Part shown: positions 39,978 to 54,715 of the stretch, in pieces
How positions within the stretch are numbered: the first letter of the stretch is position 1
How the letters are laid out: every line of letters starts with the position of its first letter
Source: Paragordius varius
Lineage: Eukaryota; Animalia; Nematomorpha
Assembly: GCA_964247055.1 (NCBI GenBank)
Contig: OZ176058.1
Location: forward strand, 992,001-1,056,000
Reading direction: 5' to 3'
Length of the DNA stretch: 64,000 nucleotides
Translations under genes and position numbers: made by a program
The notes under the pieces: generated by a model
Seen by the model: only the letters and a program-made list of their open reading frames with translations
Database searches by the model: none
Told to the model about the DNA's origin: nothing

Positions 39978-40101
39978 CAGTATGAGTAAGTATACATTAT
40001 AAGGTTATTAATTAGTGCCAAATAGCATATACAACAAATTGTTGTATGTGCGATTTGGCAATAATTAATAAGCTTCCAGCAATATATACTTACTCATACT
40101 G
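39978..40101. mobile_element. MITE family C (hairpin CAGTATGAGTAAGTATACATT...)
   Basis: TA-flanked palindrome; other copies 22889-23059 and 36053-36212. Confidence 0.8.
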
Positions 40102-43100
40102 TATTATTCATTAAATTATAACTAGGGTGCTGACCAAATCATGACCAGGTCATTAACTATATATTTTTTAACCATGGTCATTAAGAAACAGCTGTTTTTT
40201 GAAATAGTACTAGTATGTATTCTAATTAGGTTGTTTTTATAATAAATTTTGTGTTTAAGCCTACTGCTCATACGAGTAATGTTAATTTTATGGAATTACC
40301 CTATAACTAAACACTCCTTGAATATATATAAACTCTTGTTTTATACCTAAACTTATCCTTTTTTTTCAAAACTTTTAAAACCTGTGCCCTAAAAATTTTC
40401 TTTTTCTGTGAAATACAGTAAAAATTAAAATTATACGGACAAAACGTAAAAATATAAAGAGAAATATTTTTTTAAAGACAATCATACCTTTTTAATATTA
40501 ATTTTTCCTCTATAAGCTATTTTCTTAAGAATGTAAGATATAAAATTGATTGGTTTAGTAATAGATATCTGTATTTCACACTTTTCAATATTAACTAAGT
40601 TTTAATCAGAAAAATAAAATTTAAAAAAGTATAGGGTTGTCTTTTAGAAAATAATATTGGTCTTTATATTTTTACCTTTTGTCCGTATAATTTGAAAATT
40701 GGAACAATCGATTGTCGTACTATTATAGATAAAGGGGATCGTAATCACCAATCTTGTAACCGTTTTAATCGACGACGTAATTTTCAACAATTCAGAAATA
40801 CTGGCGTCCCAGCCACATCTATTACTTTACAACAAAAACTCTTACAGTAAATTTATAATTAAAATTTATACAGATAAAATGTAAAAACAATATATATTTT
40901 GAAGGCGGCCATATTTTAAACCTTGTTATTTCTGTAACGCTTATGAAATTTATATAATTGAAAATTTTTTTATATCATGTTTTAGAGTAAGTATATAATA
41001 AAATTTTATACAGATTAAACATAAAAATAAAAGGCGATTTTTTACATTATGAAAAAGCCACAATAATCTAATAATGCTTATAAATATAAATATATATTAG
41101 TTTATATATATATATATATATAATTGAAAACGTTATCCATAAAATATTTATCCCGATTACAGTAAAAATTGAAGTTATAAAGACAAGCGTATTAAACTAC
41201 AATGCAAAATTTTTAACAGCTATAGAAAACTATGAATATCTATTCCTCTTACAATAAAAATTGATGTTATAGAGACAAGCATAAAAATTTAATGACAAAT
41301 TTTACGGATAATTGTATTTTTTAACCTTGATTTTACCAGCATAAATTATATCTTTCATTTCAAATTATATAATTATCTGCTGTCAATTATTATCCCTATA
41401 TCTTATTTTGCAACTTAACACGATGAGTTTTAACATGGTTGCCTATTTTTTATAAAATGTTGTCTTTTAATTAGGTTCGTTAATATAATTTACATTATTA
41501 CCAATATTTCGTAACTCATAACAAGAGTTTATATTGAAAATTCTTAAATCATTTTGAAAATATGGTTATTTTCGAAAATTTTGTTTTTTAATTTATACCT
41601 TTTCTCCCTTTTTTAAGGTTAAAACGAACCCTAAGTTTCTGACAACTCGATCTACTCTCTCCACAGCAAGGGCTCCAACATGTTTGCATGTGTTGGTCAG
41701 TCGCTCCCGTTGATTGTGTTTGTCGAGATGAATTTAATATTTTTTTTCTAACATCTACCAAATAAATTGCATAACTTACAATAATTTAAAATTATACGTG
41801 CAAAACGTAAAATATAAAGACAAATATTATTTCTAAAAGACAACCATATATATATAAATCTTGATTTTTTTAAATAACTCATATCATTATAACAAAGTAT
41901 AAAATAGACATGTATATTGGTAACACAAATTATTATATTTTATGATTGTAAATAAATCAATTTTATGAAATTTACATTTAAAAAAGGATGGTAGTGAAAA
42001 AAATTTTTGTCTTTATATTTTTACGTTGTCGGCATAATTTCAATATTTACTTGACAAATTTGGTGGTTTTTTCCTCATAAATTATAAAGAAATAATGTTA
42101 ATAAATCGCAAAACATTTATATTTAAACTAACAAACTTTTGGCGCAGGAACTTATATCAATATTTTTAATTTTTGATTTATTTGTTAAGCAAGTCGTCGT
42201 TTTCAGAGGAATGGGGTTGAATGTGTATGTTTTTTTCCTGTGTTTCTGTTTAGTACGAGCCACGTTTAACTCTACTCACGGTTTAAATTGCTTTTTTTAA
42301 ATGGAGGTTGCATAGAGGAGGATGGGGCGTACGGACGCCAGAAATTCAAGCTACGCCTCTGTTAATAAGCTATCGAAGATAGATTAAAAATTAAAAATAT
42401 ACAGACAAAACAGAAGATTATAAAGAAAAAAATTTATGTATTTTAAGATTGTAATTAGATGAGGATAAATTAAGGTATAAAAAGTATTTGTATTCTCGAA
42501 AAATTTATTAAATTCAAACTATATCCAAATTTTCGATACATGAGAGTATCTTTTTTAATGGATTAACTAAAAAACAAAAGAATTAATAATAAGATATAAT
42601 TAAAGAAAATATAATTAATTATTATAACAAAAAATGGATATAGTTTGAATTTAATAAATTTTACGACAATAAAATTATTATTTTTACATAAAATATTTGT
42701 TCTCGTCGACAATATTAATAAAAAATGGTTTTGTTTGAAAAAAAATGCTCCCCTTTACATTTTACGTCTTGTCAATTTTTAAATTTTTACTGTTAATTTT
42801 TAAAATTTATCATGTGTATCGTAAAGTGAACTTTAAAAAGGGGTGAACATGGTGTCCTTTTTATGCGACCTACAAATAATATTAAAAAATTTAAATGTAC
42901 CATATATACGGAATCTATAATTTCATATGCATTATAAAATAAATAGATTTGGTTTAAATCGAATTTAAATCCGAGTACCATTTTTAATTTTAACAAACTA
43001 AATGGCAATTATTGATGAAATAGTATTAAATTAAAATTATACGGACAAAACGTAAAAATTTACAGATAAACATTTTTCAAAAAGACAATTAAATACCATT

Positions 43101-44467
43101 TAGACCTGAATTTTTTGCATATAAATTATTAGATTACAAATAAATAATGTGTAATTAATTGTGTTACCAATTAACAACTCTAATTCATACTTTGAAATTT
43201 ACAATGACTTATTTATGTTAAAACAGATAGATAGTTGCAATGTATGGTCCTTTGGAAAAAAGCCATTTTTGTCCTTATACAATTTTTAAATTATTTATAA
43301 TGTGTTGATATTGTGTTCTTATAGATTTGAAATTTGATAAATATTAATAAATATCCATATAATTTTCCCCCGATTTTTTATGAGTCAAAAATGCAGCCTG
43401 GTAAGTCATTTGTTTGGGCACCCCTTATGTTAAAATTCAATTTTTTTTACATATAAAACAATAAAAATTGATATAATACGGGTAAAACGTAAAAATATAT
43501 AGGCAAATATTTTTTTTCCAAAACCGCTTTTTTAAATATCTGAATTTCATATAACGTATTGTAAATTGCAATGTATAAAATATGGATGTAATTTGTGGTA
43601 AAAATATAAAAAATATATTTATCTAAATACACCATACTTCTTAAACCTTAATGTTTCCCATATAAGCTATTTTGTTACAATTGTAAATTATAGAAGTGAT
43701 TGTGTTGCTACTATACTATTTTATTGCATTTAAAACAATGAGTTCTATTTATATAAATCAAGATTTGAAAAGTATGGTTTTTGGAAAAAAAATATGTCTT
43801 TATATTTTTACATTTTGTCCGTAAATTTCAATTTACTGTAATAAAACAATAGGATTTGGCAGGTTTATGAATTTTTAATCATTAACAAATAAAATATTTA
43901 TACGTCTGCCAAAATTATTTTGTTTTATTGTTCTGAATCATGTAGGGTATCACTAAATTTAATCATTTAAAAAATTTATAATAGCCATTTGAAATGTTTT
44001 AAGGTTTTTCACTCTTCAAACAGCTAATTATAACAATTAATAAAGTTTTATACGATAAAAATTTTTAAAATAATTTTTTAATGTGGAAATAATTATAAAC
44101 TTATATTCCATCTAAATATTGACAAATTTATTAATAAAAGTTTTTATTTTGTTATGTTAAACATCAATAGTACATATTTTAACAATTACAAAATATTTTA
44201 ATTATACATTCTTAATTATACCAGTAGTAAAATCAAAAATTTATAATATATTATTATATAAATATAATTCAGCTAAAAATATATATATTTGTTATGATAT
44301 TTAGAATACTACAAGTAATCTTTGTCAAACGTAAAAAATAAAATTAAAATATAAACTCAAATTTAAATGATAAAGTAAAAATAATTAATGAGATATGAAA
44401 CTAAAAAACATGTGTGTATTGTTAATATTTTTAATTTGTTGTTGTATTTTTTAATGTTTTAATATTA

Positions 44468-44723
44468 CAGTAAATTTGCAATTATACAGACAAAACGTAA
44501 AAATATAAGGACAGATTTGTTTCTAACAGACAACCATATTTTTTAAGTTTTAAACAACAAAGTATAAAATAGAGATATAAATTAATAGCATAACCAATTA
44601 TTTATTTTATAATTCTAAATAAACCAATTATCTGAAAAAATTAAATTTAAAAAAGTATGGGGTAGACTTTTATAAAATTTTTTTTATATTTTTATGTTTG
44701 TGGTATAATTTCAATTATTACTG
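44468..44723. mobile_element. MITE family A copy
   Basis: TA|CAGTAAATTTG...ATTACTG|TA. Confidence 0.75.
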
Positions 44724-45339
44724 TATTAATCATTGTTAAATCCGTAGTAAAAATAAACCAAAACATGATATTTCATACTCCCTTGCCTGTATTTTTTGTG
44801 AGCTAAACGGAGATGAGAACTAAACTAAAAATAATGTGAAAATTAAATTCTGATCCTTAATGATATGTTGAAAACTATCTTTAATAGAAACTTTTATGCT
44901 TGTTAATACTTATCTGCAGGAAACAGCTATGTGAATTGCGTTTTAATATATTAATTACAGTCAAGTTCACCCTTGAAAAATTCAAATTCACCATCGAACA
45001 ATTTAAATTCACCCTTGAAGAAATCAAATTCACCCACGAACGATTTATTCATAAAAATAAACAAAGTATTTTTTAAGAATAAAAATTGTTTATATTTTTT
45101 TATATTTTCAAAAATTATAATTACATTAATTTAGATATTATTGGAAAAAAATAATTAACTATGCCATTAAAATATATTTAATATTAATGATGAGTTATAT
45201 TAGTCCGACACATAATTTATTTTTAGGGTGAAAATTGTTTAAGTGTGAATTTGAATCGTTTTAGGGTGATGGAATTTAATGATTATTGATTTCGAATATA
45301 TATATTAGATAAGAATATATTATTAGATAAACTATATTA

Positions 45340-46303
45340 CACTAACACAAATTTAAACTTTTTTACCTGTCATTCTTGTAAATTTAAAATTCATTATAGT
45401 ATACATGAATAGTATCTGAAAATAACATTGGTCTGACACCTAAGATTTTTATTAGGATTCATCAATGATTACCTCCGATTTAAAACTCCAAATTTTCAAA
45501 ATTATAAGTTTTAGAAGAGCCATGTATTTTATATTATTCGAAACGCAAAAAAATGTATCTTTTAAATGGTAGTTAGTCATTTAAATCAAGATGATTTATA
45601 TGGTTAAATTTAAAACACTCAAATAAGTCAAATCTTTTCACAGACAAACTAATTAAATATCATATATATTATTTAATATATGATTATAAGGGTTATTTAA
45701 GAAGCTTTTGGTTTGCTTTTTTAACAAAAATTATTTTCATAATTATTTTACCTGGATACCAAAATGCATAGTTATGTCTATAAATTTATTACAAAATCGA
45801 AAATAACTTAACCTATATTTCCAGGCTTTAAGCTGTTAAAATATAAGCTTTTAATGGTAATTTTTTAAAAAACAAAAAGTTTAAAAATGGCTGTTTTTAA
45901 TGATAAACATTAATATGTATATAAATCAAAAAAACTTTATTGTGTTATCTTTTTTGATCATTCATTGCCATCTAGACAAAGTTTGAGCTATTTTCATCCA
46001 TTAGTTTTAAAAATATATCAATTAAAAACGCTCTCGCCTCGCGAGTTTGTCGCTTTCTATGTCCAATATTAACGATGTAAAACTTATTAATATGCATTTT
46101 ATAAAGTTTTCAGTTTCAAATGTCTATTTCATATGAGGATTTGTTTAATTTCAAAGAAAAACTTTTTATAGTGTAATTTTGATAAAGAGAGCGCATAATC
46201 AGAAAAAAATATAATTATTTAGGTAAAATCATATTTTTACTGTTAAAATGTTAGTAAATATCAGAAAAATGCAAAAAACTCGAGTGAATTTTGTTGTCTG
46301 GTG
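45340..46303 (-). mobile_element. CACTA-type non-autonomous element, copy 2
   Basis: Reverse-complement homolog of 7655-8666; TTA/TTA flanks. Confidence 0.72.
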
Positions 46304-46806
46304 TTATTATAAAAATAAATTGATGTTACCGATTTACATCTCTATTTCTTATTTTGCACAATGATATTAGGTTATATAAAATAATTACTATTATTGCAAT
46401 TATAATTCAGCTAAAATGTAATAAATTTATTACGGTAAATTTTCGAATACTACATGCAATTTTTGTCAAACGTAAAAAATAAAATTAAAATATAAACTAA
46501 AAATTAAAGTATAAATTAAAAATGTTTAATAATTGTTTAAGGAGAAAGTTATTTTGTGTTTTATTATTTACCGTTGTACAGTTACATATTTGATTAATAA
46601 TTGCCTTAAAATGGATATAAATCCGATAAATATATAAATAAACGAATAACTAAACTGAGAATGATATACGAAACTAAATCTGAAATTAAATAACTGAAAA
46701 TACTAAATGATTTTATGAATTATTATATTTATTTATATGTAAAAACCCAATAGGTTTGTATACTAATAATGGCTAACAAGCAAACTAAGTTGCGACATAT
46801 CATTTG

Positions 46807-46981
46807 CAGTATGCATTTTAATGGTTTATTTCACACTTTAGTTGGTATATTTTGCAACACAGTAGTGTATGGAAAAAAGGATAAAATGGTTTATTCAACT
46901 TTTTGTTATTTTTCCAGACATTACTGTGTTGCGAATTCCACAACTATAGTGTGAAATAAGCAACCATTAAAATGCATACTG
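46807..46981. mobile_element. MITE family B copy
   Basis: CAGTATGCATTTTAATGG...CCATTAAAATGCATACTG|TA. Confidence 0.8.
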
Positions 46982-47182
46982 TATGTTTTCACTTAAATTT
47001 TATATCATTCTTAGTTTAGTTTTTCGTTTTTATCATTGTTTCACGGATTTATTTTGTCTATATAATAAAATGTATTAATATATTTTTTAGGTTAATTTTA
47101 TTATATATATATTATATAATGGTGAAACAATACAAAAAAGTAATTAAGTTTTAGAATGTGGTATTTGTAATTTTATAGTTAA

Positions 47183-47753
47183 CACTTGGATACAACACAC
47201 TCATTTTAGTCCTTCGATTCAAATTGGGGTAGATGGATAGCCCAGCCTGTTTAAAATCAAATACTTTAAAAAGTATGAAAGCAATAGTAACCATGGCAAA
47301 ATTTTGCACTTATATAACATTAATAAACCGAAATATATTAAAAAATTTTTAAAAAATACTTGTAATTACTTATTTTAAGCTAAAACCGAAAGGTAAAAAT
47401 TTCGTCAACGTGACATGTGTCAAATTGTAAAATTGAAAAATTATACAAACTAAACCGCATTTTCTATTTCTATCAATGTTAGATGTAATTCATATAAAAA
47501 ATTAGCTTTAGTTTTACCCTTAACACTAAATAAAGACGATATTTTTCAAAAATTTTGTAAAATAAAAATGGCGTCGAAGTAGTTTGAGATGGAGCTTTTT
47601 TTTCAAAACAAAATTTTATCAAGATATTATGGCATATATATATTTATCAGGATAGAAGATATTAAATTGGGACCGTTTCCTTCAGTAGTTTTTTACAAAT
47701 GTTAATTTAAATTTAGTCTGGGGTATTTAGATACCCCAATTTGAATCGAAGTG
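47183..47753. mobile_element. piggyBac-like non-autonomous element
   Basis: TTAA at both ends, TIR CACTT, internal inverted repeat TTCGATTCAAATTGGGGTA at asymmetric distances from the two ends. Confidence 0.7.
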
Positions 47754-48633
47754 TTAAGGCATCATAATTTATTATTGGAAAAAAGGAAATTGAATAAAGC
47801 CAAAAATTAATGTATAAGACTAACGGAAGAGGTATTTGCAATAGATTATTTACGTTAAATTTAAAACTCCCTTTTAGAATACTTTAATTACATATTTTTC
47901 GAATGTTTCAAACTTTATTTATGAAGAATGAGAAATAATAATTATATATGATCTGCAAATAAACCTTTAAAAAATCTATTATTAGTTTGAAAACCACCAT
48001 CTTCTTATCAATGTTTTATGTCAATTTCAATTATATATATCGAGCACATTAAATGGAAAAATTGTTTTAATATTTATTGGCCAACATAAATATTACATTA
48101 ACAAATGCTTAATGGACTAAACTGCAGTCAAATCTCTAACATGTATTTTTACAAGATTATTTTTGATATAACATAGCTTAATATATCAAAGATTTATTTT
48201 TTAAATTCAAACCTATAATTTAACGCAGGGTACCCTATTTCATAAATTTTTTATATATAGCGCTTATTCGATTTTATACCGATGATTATGTGCTTTGATG
48301 AATTCAAAATAAGATCTTAGGTTGCAAGTTAAAAGGGTAGCAGGTTGAGTGTAGATTTCCCATAAGCTTACTTTTTTCAGTTTTTAAAACTTTCATGTAA
48401 GACAATTACAATAAAAATCAAAATTTTCTCGATAACCGTAAGATTTCGGGATAGATGAAAAACTATTTTAAAAGAAAATGTTAATTTTATGTTAGAAATT
48501 TTTTCAAATATCCCTGTGGCGAAACGCGCGTCATTTATATTTAAAGTATTTTATAATTTTAAAATAACCAAATATAATAATTATTGGTTCTGGGTTTTGA
48601 TTAGTTTGACTTTTTTAAATATAAAATGTCAAT

Positions 48634-48968
48634 CCGGGATGTCCAACACAGGCATCGATAGCCTACGCGGCCCTGTTTTATTTTGTGCGACCTAAAAATA
48701 ATTCTCATTTCAAAAAATATGGAACCGCTTCTTAACATTTTTAACTAGTATAATTGGTTTGTTCATACAAAATTTATTGCTGAACACACCATTCAAATTT
48801 AAGTAACAAAGTATCATTTATTGGTAAATAAAGCATTTATACTTGATAATTAGTGTTCTTATATGTTTAGAATATAATAAGTATTTATTTGCCAAATAAT
48901 TTTTTAAATTCGACCCGCTGATTGATTCATAAAAGCAGCGGCTAAGTTATCTGTGTTGGTTGCCCTTA
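48634..48968. mobile_element. hAT-like MITE, degenerate
   Basis: CCGGGATGTCCAACAC...GTGTTGGTTGCCCTTA; 8-bp near-TSD ATGTCAAT / ATGTTAAT. Confidence 0.5.
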
Positions 48969-49428
48969 ATGTTAATACTATATCACCTTTAAATATAAAT
49001 TAAATATACCACAAAAGGTAAAAATATATGGACAAATATTTTTTTTTCAAAAGACGCGTTACTTTTTTATTCTACTTGAATGTTTTAAAATGTATTAAGT
49101 AAATAGCTTTTTTTCAAAGGTAAAATAAGTAAAAAAGTATGGTTGCTCTTTTTTAAAAATATTTGTCTTTATAATTTTACGTGTTTAATTCATTACATTC
49201 TCATATTTTTTGTTTCTGTTGACATATTGGTGTAATCCCCTAGCTTAATCTTGTAATTAAACTACTGTATTGAGAATTGATTTCTTTTGATTTAATTATT
49301 ATTATTATTGATCTCATATAATAGATAAGAAAGCTTATATTTTTTATACTTTTAACACGATTAAAAAGAACAGCTGATTCAAATAAATAACATTATTTGC
49401 TGAAATCTAGCCTGAAAGCCTTTTAAAA

Positions 49429-50554
49429 CACTGGACAACAAATTTTTCTGCCATTCGAGTTTTTTGAATTTTCTGATATTTAGTATCATATTAACAGTAA
49501 ATCCGAAATAAAAATTATAACTCGTTGGAAGAATTTTGTATAATTTAATTTTTTTGATTATGCGCCCTCTTTATCAAAATTTTACTAAAAAATATTTTTC
49601 TTTGGAAATATACAAGTAATGCCCATTTGTAATATATCATTCGAAAGAGTAATAAAAACTCTATAAAATGCATAATAATATGTATGACATCGACAGTTAA
49701 TATTGGACACAAAGAGCGACAAACGCGCGAAGCGAGAGCATTTTTTTTAATTATTATATTTTTAAAACTAATGGATGAAAATGGCTCATACTTTGTTTAG
49801 ATGGTGATGAATGTGCAAAAAAGATAACACAAGAAAGTTTTTTTGATTAAAACATTTTTTTATTGCTTTTATGTCACTCAAAACAGCTATTTTTAAATTT
49901 TTTGTTTTTTAAAAACTACCATCTCATCAATATTAATTTATTTTCTTTATAATGCTGATAATTTCGAAATTTTAAAGATAAAAACAAAGTTTAAGGTATT
50001 TTTGATCTTTTATAGCCATTATGTAATAAATTTACAGTTATAACTATGCATTTTAGTATCCACTAGGTAGAATATTTATGATAATAATAATTTTTATTAA
50101 AAAAGCAAGCCAAAAGCTTTTTCAAACCTTTTTATTTAAATTAAATACTAATATAACCCTAATAATTATATTAAAATAATTTATATGATTTTCAAATTAG
50201 TTTGAAAGTGAAAATTCTTGACTTATTTAAGGATTGAAAATTTCGACCATTTAAATCCAAATAACTTTTACATCCGATTGATTTAAATGACTTACTACCA
50301 TTTAAAAGATTCAGTTTTTTGCGCTCTTTCGAATGATATAAAATACTTGGCTTCATATCTAAAACTTTTAATTTTTGAAATTTCGAGTTTAATGTTAAAT
50401 CGGGGCCAAAAATTATCGATAAACTCTAATATAAAAAAATTCTTACATGCTAGACCAATTTTCTTTTCAGATATACTAATTATGTACTTTAATGAAATTA
50501 ATTTTAAATTTACAAGAATGGCAGTTAAAAAAAGATAAAATTTGTTGTCTAGTG
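49429..50554 (+). mobile_element. CACTA-type non-autonomous element, copy 3
   Basis: CACTGGACAACAAATTT...AAATTTGTTGTCTAGTG; AAA/AAA flanks. Confidence 0.78.
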
Positions 50555-50759
50555 AAATTAATTATTACTTTATTAACCATAATATATGTTAATTTGCCTC
50601 TAATATTAGCAATTAAAATAATTATAGAAAAAAATGGTGGCGAAAAAGTTTGAGAGTTTATTTAGAGATTTTTTTAAAACATGCAAAAAAGGTAAATAAA
50701 GTACATTTTAAAATTTGGCTTAATATACCTTAAAAACTTTATATTCAAATTTGGATATA

Positions 50760-51838
50760 CAGTAAATGAAATTATACGAACGTAAAAATATAAAGACAAT
50801 TTTTTTTTCAAAACACAATTATACCTTTTGAAACTTTAATTTACCCTATTTCATTTAATAACAATCGTAAAATATGTAATTGATTGTGCTATTAATATAC
50901 ATCTCTATTTTACACTTGGTTGTTCAAAAACAATGAGTTATATTTAAAAAAATCAGGATTTAAGTATGGTTATCTTTCGAAAAAAAATTTGACTTCATAT
51001 TTATACATTTCGCTCTTATCAATTTTTTGTTGTTTAAAACAATGAGTTATATTTAAAAAATCGAGATTTAAAAAGTATGGTTGTCTTTTAAAAAACATTT
51101 GTCTTTATATTTTTACATCTCGTTCGAATTACTTCATTTATTAATCTCTATTTTACACTTTATTGTTTAAAAAAATGATTTATATTAAAAAAAATCAAAA
51201 TTTCAAAAAAGTATGGTTGTCTTTTGAAAAAAAATAATCTTCATATTTTTACATTTTACTCGTATAATTTAAATTTTTACTGTAATTTACATCTCTATTT
51301 TACACTTTGTTTCAAAAAACAATGAGGTTAGTTTATTTAAAAAATCAAGATTCAAAAAGTATGGTTGTCTTTAAAAAAATTGTCTTTATATTTATACATT
51401 TCGCTCGTATAATTTCAATTTTTATTGTAATATACATCTCTATTTTACACTTATTTGTTTAAAACATGAGTTATATTTGAAACAAGATTTAAAACGTATG
51501 GTTTTCTTTCGAAAAAATATTTATCTTTATATTTTTAAGTTTTGTCCGTATAATTTCAATTTTTACTGTAATATAAATCTTTATTTTACTCTTTTTTGTT
51601 TAAACAATGAGTAATATATATTTAAAAAAACAAGACTTAAAAAATTTGGTAATCTTTTGAATAAAAATTTGCATTTATTTTTTTTTCATTTTATTCGTAA
51701 TTTTAATTTTTTAATCTTCTACACATTGTTGTTTATAACAATGAGTTAGTTTTAAAAAATTAAGATTTAAAAAATGTGGTGTCTTTAAAAATTGTTTATA
51801 AATTTTTTCATTTTGTTCGTATAATTTCAATTTTTCTT
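50760..51838. repeat. Tandem array (~6-7 units, ~140-147 bp) of the right arm of MITE family A
   Basis: Unit marker ATCTCTATTTT at 50901, 51144, 51291, 51436 and degenerate at 51577 and ~51714; most units end near the TIR ...GTATAATTTCAATTTTTACTGTA. Confidence 0.8.
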
Positions 51839-54444
51839 GGATATAAAATTACACAAAACGTTACGAAGTAAAATATGTACTGGATGATTTTTTTATATTA
51901 ACTTTATGATAGATGTATATCGACCAAAAATTATATCCTAGAAAGAGAATAAAACTTTTCTAAAATGCGGATGAGTATGTATAGACATTATAATTTAACA
52001 ATTATTTATTGCAAAATTTATAAAGTCATATTTAATATATATTAAAGTTTTATGCTTTTAAAAAAATTAATTATAGGAAAAGATAAAGTTATAAATAAAT
52101 GTTTATAAATCCTTTTTAGTTTACATAAAAGGTTAAATATCCACCATCTTGATATTGACAATTTTTTTATATGTATAATGTAATTTTTGCGGATAAACTA
52201 TATATTAAGTTACTAATTTTTGAAAATGTTTTTATTACAGTTTATAATGACAAAATGTAAAAATATAGACAAATTTATTTTATGAATCTAGATTTTTTAA
52301 ATATACTAATTGTTTGAAAAGTGCAAAGTATGATATAGAGTTGTACATTGATTTTCACATCAATTATATATTTTCCAATTGTAATTAAATATATTATAAA
52401 AAAGACAAATGGTTTTCTGAAGTATAGTTGCCTAGTGATAAAACAACTTTTCTCTTATTACTTTTTACGTTTTGTCCGGATAATATCAATTTATACTGTA
52501 ATACGCCTCAAAGTTTTTTGTGCCAATTTCATAATACAGTAGGAGTAAAATTTTACGGATAAATAATAACAACATCAAGACATATATTTTTTTAAACTGA
52601 TTTTAGATGTATTATATACATATTTACTTCATATTTTGCAACGCATATCGATAGGTCCTATATAAAACAAGTTTTTATACGTATTGCCAATAATGATTTA
52701 TTTTTTACTGCACTTTTTAGGTTAATTTCAATTGAAATGTATTCTGGGGGTAAAAAACTAGGTAATTAAGTTTTAAAATGTAATTTTATTTCAAAGCAAA
52801 CAGTAAAACTTAAAATTATACAGTCATAATGCCAAATACAGAAAGACTTATTTATTCAAAAAATTGGTATCCAGTAAAAATTGATTTTATACTGACAAAA
52901 CTTAAAAATATAAAGACAAATATTTTTTTCTAAAAGACATCCACACACTTTCTACATCTTGATTTCCATAAATAAACATTGATTTAAACTGTAAAGTAGG
53001 TATTAGAGTTGCGTATTGGTATCAAAATCAATCATACAGTAAAAATTGAAATTATACAGACAAAACGTTAAAATATAAAGACAAATTTTTTTTTTCAAGA
53101 TACAACCATACTTTTTAAACCTTAATTTATGCTATAAAAACATTTTACAATCGTTAGAATGTGTTTTCTATATTACACGTTGTAGTTTAAAACAATGAGT
53201 CATATTTAAAAAAAACGATTTAAAAAGTAAGGTTAACTTTTTGAAAAAAATATTTGTCTTTATATTTTCTCGTTTTGTCCGTATAATTTCAATTTTTACT
53301 TTAATTTATATTAAATTTAATATATTATATAAAAAAATTAAGGTAGATTGCTAGTTTTTAGGAAAAATTTATTTAAGATACATCATTTTTCATCATAAAT
53401 TGTATTTGGTATTTTCGAATTTCTACACCAATTATATTTTGGAGGGCGGCGTGTTGAAGCAACCGCTTCACTGTATATATGCCATTCACCATTATTTTTT
53501 AAAACCCGTATTTTTATTATCTAATCTCTAATACGCAGAATTGGAAAAAACGCCTCTCTAAACTGGATTTTAGGGAGAAACGTTAACTTTGATTTATTAA
53601 AGACAGTTAAAACCTTTTTGAAACAAAGTTGGATATATTTCGAAATCGATATATGAAAACCCAATATTAGTACTGAAAGTGTTTCAATAAGCACGAAATT
53701 ATGGAATTATTTTTGACTAAGGTCACATATCATATCATTTATAATCAGTTTAAATTTAATTTTCACATTTCACTTTAGTTCTCAGAGCCGTTTCATTTTA
53801 GTTTTTGTTTACATCATTCACCACGGATTTAACAATTGTTAATATAACAAAGATTAAAAATTTTAACAATAATTAAATTTATTTAAAAATTATAAATTTT
53901 TGATATTGTTACTAATATAATTTATAGAGCTGATAAATAAAATATTTTGTAAATGTTGTAATATGCACACCATTAAGGTTTAACTTAACAAAATTACAAT
54001 TGTCAATATTGAGAAGGTATATATTTTTAACTAAAAATTTATGTTAAAAATTATTTTAAAAATTTTTATCGTATAATTTAATTGCTATAATTATCTGTTT
54101 GAAGAGTGAAAACCTTAAAGCATTTTAAATGGCAAAATTTTTTAAATTAAAGAACAATATGATTTAGACATATGAATTTTTAATTATTAAAAAAGAAAAT
54201 AAAATCATTTGTCCAACATATTATTATTAAATATTTTATTTGTGAATTAATAAAAAATTCATATTGTTTTATCATTTTTAAATAATTGTTTTTTATTACA
54301 ATAAACCATCTTTTTTTATAAGGAATGTAATTTTTGGTTAATTAATTTATAGTAGCACAGTAAAAATTGATATTATGCAGATAAAAATGTAATAGGCGAG
54401 TATTTTTTAAGCTAACTATACTTTTTATACTAATTTTATTTATA

Positions 54445-54715
54445 CAGTAAAACTGAAATTATACTGACAAAATGAAAAGTATAAAGACATACGTTTTTTT
54501 TAAGAAACAAACATACTTTTTAATCTTGATTATAAATAAAACTCATTGTTTTAAATGACAACTCAAATAGAGATACATAATACTAACACAATCAATTTTA
54601 TATTTTACAATTGTAACAGAATGATTTATATGGGAAGGTTCTAAAAAGTATTGTTGGTGACCTTTAAATAAAATTTTTCTTTATATTTTTACGTTTTGTC
54701 CGTTAATTTTTACTG
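54445..54715. mobile_element. MITE family A copy
   Basis: TA|CAGTAAAACTG...TTTTACTG|TA. Confidence 0.75.

Noticed and set aside
40140-40156. TGACCAGGTCA as an autoregulatory ecdysone response element
   Set aside because: Half-sites are everted and overlapping, not the IR1 arrangement; it sits in a probable TE end, and single matches are expected by chance.
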